Of a stretch of DNA of 64,000 bases, positions 53,581 to 64,000 are shown piece by piece. The stretch's first letter is position 1. Each line of letters starts with the position of its first letter. Location of the stretch: the NCBI GenBank assembly GCA_964016885.1, contig OZ024742.1:266972001-267036000 (forward strand). The letters are read 5' to 3'. The DNA is from Eledone cirrhosa (lineage: Eukaryota). The position numbers were made by a program, and so were the translations under genes. The notes under the pieces were generated by a model, which saw nothing but the letters and a program-made list of their open reading frames with translations, had not been told where the DNA came from and made no database searches.

Positions 53581-55244
53581 ACATATATATATATGTGTGT
53601 GTGTGTGAGTAAATAGGGCCTAGTTTTTTCATTGAAAGATGTTAAATTAAATACGCAACTGAGTTCAAGTTTAATCTTCTGTAGTACGGATTTCCCTAGT
53701 TCTTTGTTTTTACTTTGGAACAATAGCAGTCTTAATACATTAATGTGTCAAGATTTCATCATTCCAAGAAAATGTTAGTTCTACATAACTGCGTATGTTT
53801 TGAGTGCTTTACAGAAGGTCGCAAAGGATCATGAGAATAGTATTATAACTGATAAAATTGACAAGATTGGATTTATTTATAATTGATTGTAATGGAGTAC
53901 AGCATCAAGCCATCTACATCTAACCGTTGGTAGATTTTATGGTTTTGATCTGTGTGCTAATTTTTGGTTTACAGCTTCCATCCTTATTTTTTCTATTTTT
54001 GTGCGTTTCTATATAAAATTGTAATGCTGTCAAATTTTATGTTTTACTATCGAATGTTATTTCGTATATTATATAACGAGAATGTGTCGTACTCGCCTGT
54101 CTGATATAACAGTTTGAGTAACGAAGTGGTTACGTAGAAATTTGTATATAATGAAATGGATCTACACTTCGTTTGTCTATGGTTTGGTGTTGATGGGGAA
54201 AGTTTTCATTCGGGTGCTATAGATAGATGCGATATATGTTTGTTTGAAAATGTTTTTTAAAAATTATCTAACCATTCAATAAGCAGAACTCATTCATGCG
54301 TGATTTGCGTATTTTACTGAGCACTGCAACTGCTGTATCAATATGAATGAATTTGTCCTGGCATTGTTCTTCTCTGTGTTATATTAGAGTACCCGGTATT
54401 AATTAATGTTTGATTTATACGTACGAATTCCATATTTTGATAAATATTTCAGTGGAGGAAAATGCTTGAAGGAACCCACTATCAGGTTATAGCTGTAATT
54501 GATTCAGCCGTGATATATTTAGTCCTCCGTTATGTGATGTCACGTCTTCATGCCGCTGTTATGTTTTGTTTGTCATACTATTTTCAAACTATTTTCAAAT
54601 TTATTCCAGCATCGAGTCACACTAAACATCATTTATCTCAGACAACGTTATCCAACATGTCTTCTCTTGAGTTAAGGTGAATATTGTTTTTCCAAGATAT
54701 TTGAAGTCTGTTTTCAATCAACCCTCCGGTAAAGACTCTCACCACCACCACCATAGACTTGTTCGTGATACTCGTGATTCATTGATATAGTATGTGTGTC
54801 ATTTAGTTTTCTAATCTACTCGTTAAAATATTGTTTTATTTCTTAGAACAATATAAACCTCTTCTCTGTAAACATATTATTCATCAGGTAAAATATTGTT
54901 GTATCTAGATATCACTCTATTTTTTATTAACGGCTGGTCTTTATAGCCATATTAGCATCTTCACTAAACATTCTCTTCTTCAGAAAAAATATTGTTGTAT
55001 CGTAGTATACATATATCCTTATTAACGGTTGATCTGTACAGCAATATTTACATCTGTAAAACACTTCTCCCGACAGAACATTGTTGTATCTAGGTGCCGA
55101 TATATCTTCAGACTTCCCAGAGTACAATGTAATGAGACTATTTATTAATCTAGTAGTATTTTAGCAGTTTAATTCATTTTAGTCAGTTGGTTTTTTAATA
55201 TTTGTGATGGATATCAGATTATACTCTGAAAACATTGGTATATT

Positions 55245-55246
<2 letters not shown>

Positions 55247-55336
<90 letters not shown>
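55247..55336. repeat. (TG)n microsatellite
   Basis: Pure TG run. Confidence 0.95.
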
Positions 55337-55340
<4 letters not shown>

Positions 55341-58300
55341 CGTGTGTGAATGAGAGACAGAGACGTTTTATCCAGAATTGTTAGATTTTTGTCTAATCCA
55401 GCTTAATTCAAAATACATTTGTTTTGCTTCTATCGCTTCCATTATATGTTCTGCTGCAATATCTCTTATGTACTACTTAACAATTGAATATAACTCTTGT
55501 TTTATATTTTGTTCTCTCTTTCCCATATATTTTCTTCAAAATATCTCTATTTCTTGCTTTCTACTCGAGATATATTTTGTTTATTTTGTTTAAATGTACA
55601 ACGTTTTTGGTTTTTTCTCTCTTCCCAGAACATTTTATTTTGTTTCAAATTGAGGTCGATTCTTTTATCGAACCGATTTATTCTACGAATTTCCTTTTCA
55701 CCTTATAAATTAATCATTGTGTCGTTATATATTTCAGTTGTTGTTCATCCTTAATGTTAAAACTTTTATATAGCATTACTTTTTGTATTTGTTTTGATTT
55801 TCATTGATAACTTTGTTGTTTTTCTTTACTTCTGCCACTCAATTGCTATGAATTGTTATAGCTTTTTTCTTTCTGTTGATTTTCGACTCACGTCTTTGTC
55901 ACGACACTGCTTTCTGATTTATGTTTTCTTATTCATTTCGACACCAATAAGTTTAGCTACAATACGTGGTTTGATGTATGTTCATGGGTTCATATCAACA
56001 ATATCTATATTGTTCGTTTCTTCTATAATTACTTATAAATCGGTATCATTTTGCTAAATAAATGATTGTATTTTTTAAAATCTTGTACGATATCCTACTA
56101 TTCTTTTATGTATACAATAAACTTTATCATTTCAATTCTTTGTTTATTTCCCTTTTTTTTAAATTTATCAGTGACTGTATTCATTAACTTAAATAAACAC
56201 TAATTTATTATCTAATTCCTACATAAAATAGGTTCGTGTAATTGTGTCTATCGTCCTTTCTCTTACTGCATTTTGTAGATTGCGTTCGGGTGGTTGTGTT
56301 TTGTAGTGTCTACTGATTTGTGTTGTGTTCTGTTTTATTTCAATGAAACTCGTGTTTTATGACTATTTTCCTTTAATCTTTCTCTTATCATATTTTCCAG
56401 TTCAGTTAACATCACTCAGATTTGTTTGAAACGTTTTCCATTTTCTGTTTGATAATGTTAAGCTACTTATTCGTAAAGTGCTATTTGGACTATTTATATT
56501 GGTACTCTCACGATATAGTTAGTCAGTTATGGAGTGCAAGAATATTTGTATTATATTTGTAACCCCTCGGTTTTTTCGTTGTTTTTCTTATTTATCCACA
56601 GGTTAGCCCTGATAAATCAAATATACGATCAATTATATTGTAGTCACAGATAGTTTCTAAATATACGTTATGCATTGACTGTTCTGTGTACTATAATTAG
56701 AAACTTGACAAGAACTTCTATCAGATGGTCCAACTTCGTTCAACTTTAATTTTTATTGTTGTTTAACTCTAGGATAACCCTGAATGAACAATCATGTGAT
56801 CAAATGCATTCTAACCATGATCGTTCAATTTGTTTCCTTATTTTTAGTGAACCCAAGATCGCATTAGACAACATGTCCTTTTATACGACGTAGAGTGTGT
56901 TGTGAGGAGAAATTCACTGCTATCTCCTCGCTTAATGTTTTGTTTTCGTCCATTTCTATATTATATATTTGTTTGTGTCGGTGTTTTTATTTATAAAAAA
57001 TCTGAAATGCTGCTACTAGGTTGTAGTTAGCACTACATTATTCAATGCGGGCGCTATTTATTAAGCATTTAGGGTTTGATTTTAGAGAAATGTAGTTGCT
57101 ATTTTTAACATGTAGAACAAACCACCATATAGAGACATCTAATTTGGTTTGGAGAGGTCATGGCTGAAGTAGCCTTAACCATAGATTTATTGGATCTAAA
57201 CCTATTTTGGACTACACAAAAGCAAAAGCAATAACGACAATGACATAAATAACAAGCTTGTTATGTTTTTCTATCTTGCTAAGTTTTATTCCAATAATTA
57301 TTTTTATGTTAATTTTTAGATTCCATAGATGTGAGAATGGTGTTGTTATCACGTCAGGTAAAATGATAAATCTAGAAAACTTACGTTGATTTAATTATGT
57401 CTAGACTTCTCGAAATGTTGCAAATCATCCAAGTTGACTAGTGGCTGTTTTTCTCATAAATGTAGAAGATATTGCGATGGTAATAAGAAATAGTAGGATA
57501 AACAAACAATAGAGTTTTAGGATAGATGCAGAATTACCTAATGGTTTCAAAGTTTGCTTCAAAATAATGAGATTCTGGGTTCTAATCCACTTTGTGGCAT
57601 TAGTATTTTACTCTCACTGAAAGGAAGCTTGTGAGATAAATTAGATGAATGGAAACTGTTTGGACGCCCGTTGAATGGATTGTGTCTGCCTTACTACATA
57701 CTGCGTCACGTTGAATCTTCCTGTAAATTAAATAAAGTCTACACGCGTCTCTGAAGTACACAGCCGCTAAAATGGTTATTCAATGCTTTTTGCCGTTCAA
57801 GTTTTCGACTAACTGTACTTTTGCTAAAGGACAGACAACCCAAATATCAATCGGAATATATATTAAAAAATGTATTGCATAGTAACTGAATTGTATGCTT
57901 AAATATTTACATCGATACAATGTTTTGATCGATTAAAACAAAACTTATTGGTTGGTGCATACACATTCATTATGAACCATTAAGACATCCTATATATATT
58001 ATAAACTAGAATACTTATACAAAACATGCGTTTCACTGATATGGTCAATATAAAAGTTGGCTTTAAAGTTTAAGTCTTTAACATTTGCAATCGAATTTAT
58101 AAATCAAACGATGAAATTATAATGACAAATTAAAACATTACACCACACTTTACAAAACGAAGATCGATAGGAAAACCATAGCGGATAATGCATCCGTATT
58201 ATACAGAATTCCCCTAAAACTTAAAACGATTAATTATGGAGGCGTTACTCAAATCACTCTACAAAGCTAAGTTAATCACATTGGCATCATTCACGCGTCA

Positions 58301-58627
58301 TATATACGTGATTGATAATGTATTTGTTTAACGGTGAAATTTCAAATCTCAAATTCCAGTAATAAATTCAATACAAACACTGGCGTTGAACATTTTATAA
58401 CATTTCATAAAGTACGTAATAAAAGAGTGTAAAAGAAAGTTAACATTCTAAATCCAAAGCGAGTGAGGCAGGGCCTAGTGAAGCCAGGCGACTCCGAGAA
58501 CGAACAGTCAATTTCAACTCATGTACATTCTAACTTCTACCTAGCAAAAGGAAGAGTTAAAAAGAAAATTCTTCAAATTTGAAATTAAAGGTTATGTAAA
58601 CCGGAAGTTGTACCACTCAACTATCGA

Positions 58628-58782
58628 GACAGTTCTACTTCCCCCCTTGCTTCTGCTGGATATCACCAGAGGGCGGTAGCCTCCCGGTGTTTGCATAGCT
58701 ACGGCTTCCTAAAACCGTATTTCCTTGAAGATACGAAATATTTATACATATTGTATAAAGCTATGCTTGAAGCGAAATCCTA
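58628..58782 (+). mobile_element. 5'-truncated copy of the 53389..53580 family
   Basis: GTTTGCATAGCTACGGCTTCCTAAA..TGTATAAAGCTATGCTTGAAGC is shared. Confidence 0.75.
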
Positions 58783-58890
58783 CTTTTAATAGTTTTTTAA
58801 TTGATATTGCAAATATCTTTGAATTCATTATGGTTTTACTTACGGATTTGCTTAAATATATTATATCCTATATCGGTTATTCTAAATAAC

Positions 58891-58965
<75 letters not shown>

Positions 58966-58989
58966 AGACCTAAGGAAATTAACAAATAG

Positions 58990-59605
58990 AGGACAAGACA
59001 ACGAACGAAGAACAATTTTTAAAGCGGAAACTTAAAAAAATATTAAAAAAAATAATAAAAATACAAGCGGAGGACACAGAAACTAGGGGTCATCGGCCGT
59101 CGATGTAGATTTTGGGAGTTTTGACCCATACCAATGGTATTGCTAGTACACCCGGGTTCACAGCCTCTGGCACAAGACAAACGCTGTCCAGTAGAATAAG
59201 AGACGCGAGACAAAACATTAATTTATAGCAATCAATCTACAACAAGTGCATATAGAATTGTATGTGACGTCAGGGAAAAGCGTGGCACCTCTTAAAGCAC
59301 GAGAGTCATGAATGACACAAAAGAAAAAATAAAGGAAGATAAAAAACAAAATGAAGACAGTAAGATGCGTTAAATATATGTAAGCCATTGCAATAAATGT
59401 GGGAGAGAAGATATAATACATTAGTCACATTAGTATTGATAAACTTAAGAAAAATAACAAAGCCAGGACAAGACAACGAACGAAAAACAGCTTTTTAGAG
59501 GAAACCTTAAAACATTATAAATATAATAGAAATACAGACGAAGGACCTAGAACCTCAGGGTCATCGGCTGTTGATATAGATTTTGGCAGTTTCGACCCAT
59601 ACCAA
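58990..59605 (+). repeat. Diverged ~140-bp direct repeat (58990-59136 and 59465-59605)
   Basis: AGGACAAGACAACGAACGAA...GGGTCATCGGC..GACCCATACCAAT occurs in both. Confidence 0.8.
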
Positions 59606-59857
59606 TATATATATATATATGCGTGATTATTCGACAAACGCATATGTATTGGACATGATCTTACACATCCTGTTTTTTCTTTACTTTCCGACTAGAGGCC
59701 AGATTCGTTGAAAACATAAAAAAGAAAAACACGAAAGACTCATTTCATTTCCAACGCGAGACGGATGTAATTGTAAGAATTTTCCAATTCAACAACATAT
59801 CATCTGACAATATAACTTTTGGTAATTGTAAGAAAATGAAAATATATACATAATTCC

Positions 59858-60480
59858 AACAGGGCCGCATGTAGAACATTGGGGTGGTTGGGGCCCTAGT
59901 GGCCTGGTGCCGCCCCCTTACACAGAAATTATAATACACATCAAACCTACAAAATTACATACCACCCCTGCTTATTTCATCAAATTCGAATTGAAAATTA
60001 TACATAAATACAAATTTTAAATGCAAATAAACTGACCTGTAATACATAAATAGAAATGCATAAATGTAACATGGAAATGATTTGTAATGAAACGTTAAAT
60101 AGAAATATACATAATATATACACAATAGGTACATATTAAATGTTAGATATAAATGCACTGTCATGTCAGTGTCAGCGCTGCCACAACGTGTCCAAAATGT
60201 ATCAAATCCACTCTAATAGAGTTAAAGGTATCTATCAAATCAAAACGTTACCTAGTCAATAAGTTATACCAACTTATAGTGATATGGAACTTACAAAACG
60301 TCTTCCTTTCCACATCTGAAAAATCTTCACTCAACTTATGAAACAGCATCATCTTCTGAACACTGCCCTCTACATCATGTAGGCAGTGAGCATTTATATG
60401 TTGTGGGTCACAATGATTCTCAGTTTAATCTTTATGAGTTCTAATTTATTGAATGATCTCACTTACGAACTATAAAGCTC
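59858..60480 (-). mobile_element. Possible hAT transposon remnant
   Basis: CAGGGCCG hAT-like terminus at ~59859; weak minus-strand similarity (KMMLFHKLSED..KFHIT) to hAT transposases. Confidence 0.3.
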
Positions 60481-60574
60481 AAATATATTATAAGAACTAC
60501 GTGATGTTCTTATATAATGTATCATGCCAGACGCCAATCACGTAAAAAGGAGCAAGCAATTCACCAGTATATCA

Positions 60575-61200
60575 ATGTCCAACTCCAATGCCAATGTCCA
60601 ATCTACAACCAAAAAATTGCTCAAATTACGGAGTTTGTATATCTCGGTCACAAACTATCATCAAACAACAATGGAATGGTCACTGTGCAGTATTGCATCG
60701 GTCTAGGTTGGGTAGTTTTCAAGAAGAACAAGGGAGTACTAATTTCAAAACGAGTTTCCTATCATTTGAAGTCTAAGATCTTCGATACTTACATTGTAGC
60801 AGTTGTGTTATATGGTCTTGATTGTGTTAATTGGATGACAAGGTCATGTCAGAAGCTCTCTACATTCCAGAACCACACCATAAGACTTATGACTGGCAAG
60901 CGGCTCAGCGACAGTATCTGTAAGAGTAGGCTGCTCAACATCACCTGGCTTAGACTAATCACATCGGTCGTCAGGTCAAGAGTACTCAAACTATACGGTC
61001 ATATCAAAAGACCAACTCGAGGTGTGAGTAAATTATGCCTCGAAGGATAGCTGGCTGGTAAGAGTAGCAGAGGTCGGCAGCCAAAACGATGGCATGATGT
61101 CATCTTATCGGATTGGACTTGACCTTTGCTGTTTAAACTCTGCTGTTAGTGATCGAACTTTGTGGAAAAAATATCTCATGTTGATGCATAGTCTGCAACT
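60575..61200 (+). mobile_element. RTE-like LINE 3' fragment
   Basis: EFVYLGHKL, IGLGWVVF, VVLYGLDCVNW, LKLYGHIKR, GKSSRGRQPKRW. Confidence 0.8.
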
Positions 61201-61214
61201 GGCGAAGTAAGCGT

Positions 61215-62740
61215 CTAGAGAAAGTTGACAGGAGCCATCGTGAACTACAGGTGGTGGGGCGCTCTCAAGAGAGCGATTAGAGTAGGGTCCATATTATTCA
61301 GTAAAGAAGTAGCGATAAGAAAAAAATTAAACTGGAGGGGAGTTAGTAATTAAATTAGATGAGGCGATTAGGAGTGGCATTGCAACCGATGTGTTACTTG
61401 CGAGACTGACACTAGACCATTTCTTCTATGGGAAACACGAAGGCTCATCGTCAGAGCTAAGGCGAGTGCTCTGAGAAACAAGGGAACAAAAGCTGCTCGA
61501 TGGGCCCGAGTGACAGAGGCACAGCGTGGTAACAAAACCATAATTCGGTCATTGACGGACCGAGACGATCACGAGATCAACGATTCCAGGCAGATGTGTG
61601 AGGCGTTTTGCCAGCACTTTGCTCTGCTGTTCGGAGGGAGGGGTGGATCGGACACAGTGGTACATTTTTGTCCCTACCAAGACGGCTTATCGCGTCTCTT
61701 GATGCCGGGCTGCGAAAGGCCGATAACTTCAGCCGAAATTCGGGATACCATAGTCTGTTGCATGAGGCGCAAGCCACCCGGTTTGAATGGTCTGCTCTAT
61801 GAGCTTTACGTAGATATACCTGACTTGTTCTCCGATCTTCTCGAAACGCTCTACAGAAAATGGCACCAGAATGGGAGTATTCCCAGTTCTGTAAGCCGGA
61901 GCGTAGTGATGCTGGTAAGGAAAGACGAGAACAAAGTGGATACGTTAGATAACTTCACGCCCATAACTCTGCTCAATGTAGAGTTTAAGATTTTGGTGAA
62001 GGTGCTAGCGACGAGATTGTTGCTTGTCGTCGAGGACATGGTAGAAGAGGTGCAAACTTGCGCAATCCCGACCAGGTCCATATACGCCCATAGAGAAGGA
62101 AGGGCGTAAACCTGATTTCGGTGGCGCTCTGATCAATTTAGATCAATCGAAAGCATTCGATAGGTTAGACCATCGATACCTGGAGGTTGTCCTCAAGGCG
62201 GCTGGCTTCGGCACCGTTTTCAGAGGCTGGATTGCTGCAATGCAAAGCGGCATCTCCTAGGTGGTCAAAGCTAATGGCCACCTTTCGGAACCGTTTCAGA
62301 TCTCCCGATCGGCCCGTCAAGGGTGCCTTCTCTCCACCATTCTGTACGTATTGACTCTCGAGCGCTTACTACGGAAGCTGGAGCTGTTGCAGGGCATCCC
62401 GTTCGAACTGGGACGCGGAAGGGCTGTGTCTGAATACGCAGAAGACATCACCGTGGTGGTATCGGACACCTCGGAACTCTAGGTTGTCGGCACCCCCTTG
62501 TAGGAATATGAAATGTTGATGGGAGTGAAACTAAACCCGGAAAGGTCGATGGGCTTGCAGCTCGGCACTGGGAGAGGCACGTCCATGCCGTCCATGCGTC
62601 GTGGGGTACTGGACGGACGGATCGGTGAAGTTGCTCGGTATTTTGTTCGGATCAGACCTCAAGGTGGATAAGACTCGGAAAGGGGTGACGATCAGAGAAG
62701 CCACTCTCATCCAAAATTGGGCCGAGAGAGAGCTTTCTCT
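61215..62740 (+). mobile_element. L1/Tx1-type LINE, copy F: internal ORF2 fragment
   Basis: KPPGLNGL, NFTPITLLNVEFKIL, LDQSKAFDRLDH, RQGCLLS, YAED. Confidence 0.88.
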
Positions 62741-62779
62741 TATATATATAGATGTGCGTGTGTGGGTATGTACACATAC

Positions 62780-63130
62780 CAACCTACCACAGTAGTCAGA
62801 TCCTACAGCAGTAGTCAGCTCCTACAACCCCCTACCCCCTTTTGACCTATTTACCACAAGATTAAGCAAAACAACTTGGCCTCTTTCCATGCCAACTTTT
62901 CAGAAGGCATGAACTTTTGCTCAAACATTCGTTTTTGATTTTCATTTTAATTTTAAACACTTTTTTTACTCCCGTTTTAATTAACTTTTTTTCACTGAAT
63001 TTGACAAGATAGATTTTAATACATCGAAACCGGTAATTTTTCCATACACTTTATATTCTCCATAAAAAATTTTCAGAAAAGAATTGTCCCTCTTTTTTTA
63101 ATAACACTATATTTTCAATAATGTCACTTT
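62780..63130 (+). mobile_element. Penelope-like 3' end with a degenerate hammerhead at 62997-63039
   Basis: GAAT-TTGACAA-GAT..ATC-GAAA-CCGG-TA|ATTT (core differs from CTGACGA at 2 positions); upstream EGMNF-like C-terminus. Confidence 0.5.
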
Positions 63131-63299
63131 GACGAATCAAAAAAGAATAACAGACCCTTAAACATATGTCCCGTGTTATTTCCAACTTCATCTTTTCTCT
63201 ATACCCACTATTTTGTATAGAACCTCACTTCTCGTTTCTAATATATATATATATATATATAATAAGGATTGACGGACCCAGCATATGTATCAATGCCAG

Positions 63300-63900
63300 T
63301 ACCGGTTGTATCTCAACGCACTCAATGGGCAATGTAAGATACATTACCAGAGTATGCACAAAGTTAATTGCTTCAACACAACACACGTAAAACGGATGCC
63401 TATAAGGTTCCCGGACTCGAGTTTCTGCCGCACTATGCAGCTGTAATGTGCACTGCACCATCTGTCTGCATATATTATGCAACAATGCACAATCGGCTAT
63501 GCGGCTTCATCACCGGGTATCGCCTAATCAATAACCAATCGATCAACAGAATCCTACGACCAGTCTACGCCGGCCATGACTGTTTGTGACGACTGACACA
63601 GTAAAGCTATTAGCAACTGGCACCCGATAGGACTCTATCTCTCAACCAGCCACTGATTTACAAATTTTACGTGGGGACGGGACGCTAAAAAGAATCAATC
63701 TTTTCGTTCCCGTCAGAAGCCTCAGCCAACGTGTCTCACACACAAATTATCAAATTATAGAAATAGCAGTTCACATTGATATAAAATAGAATGGTAGCAT
63801 TCGGTTCATGTATCCAAGCCCCATGGCTAGAGGAAAGCGATGGTAACAATGGTCGAGGCCAAGAACCTTTAATGGACTTTAAATGCGATCATCCATTATA
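63300..63900 (+). mobile_element. Degenerate Naiad/Penelope-like linker and GIY-YIG remnant
   Basis: FLPHY..SVCIYYATMHN (cf. FPPHH..VKISYSCMPN) and KFYVGT. Confidence 0.4.
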
Positions 63901-64000
63901 TAGCAATATAGTAGCGAGCTGAAATGTGTCAGCCGCGTGCGTAGATAACAAGCCTATTTCACAACTTAAAAGAGTGAGAGACACAATTAATAGCAGGAAA

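Noticed and set aside
57320-57357. 38-nt AG...GT micro-exon candidate (FHRCENGVVITS)
   Set aside because: Too short to distinguish from chance without transcript data.
53389-58782. Inverted copies 5.4 kb apart could be TIRs of a large DNA transposon
   Set aside because: The copies are clearly diverged, one carries a hammerhead, and no transposase or TSD is visible; independent retro-insertions are simpler.

Overview
AT-rich eukaryotic (animal) genomic DNA that is mostly decayed transposable elements and microsatellites ((TA)n, (CA)n, (GA)n, (TAA)n, (TTC)n). The repeat complement suggests a cephalopod mollusc such as Octopus; this is inference only. Recognisable content: six copies or fragments of one L1/Tx1-type LINE family (zinc-knuckle ORF1; APE-RT-ZnF ORF2), several R4/Dong and RTE LINE remnants, a frameshifted autonomous Helitron and a non-autonomous one, a mariner pseudogene, tRNA-derived SINEs (two with clean 17-bp TSDs), MITEs, and many Penelope-like element (PLE) fragments. 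One convincing host exon encodes a chitin-binding type-2 (CBM14) domain. The most notable signals are: (i) minimal type-I hammerhead ribozymes in short (TA)n-associated elements, with truncated copies that begin at the predicted cleavage site, plus fold-back palindromes that turn at (TA)n; (ii) a 95-bp tandem array of histone-mRNA-like stem-loops downstream of the Helitron helicase; (iii) GTAAGT conserved at the ORF1 end and (TTA)n-linked head-to-tail stacking of the Tx1 family; (iv) a possible decayed CRESS-virus-like Rep. Everything was read by eye; element boundaries are approximate unless exact motifs are quoted.
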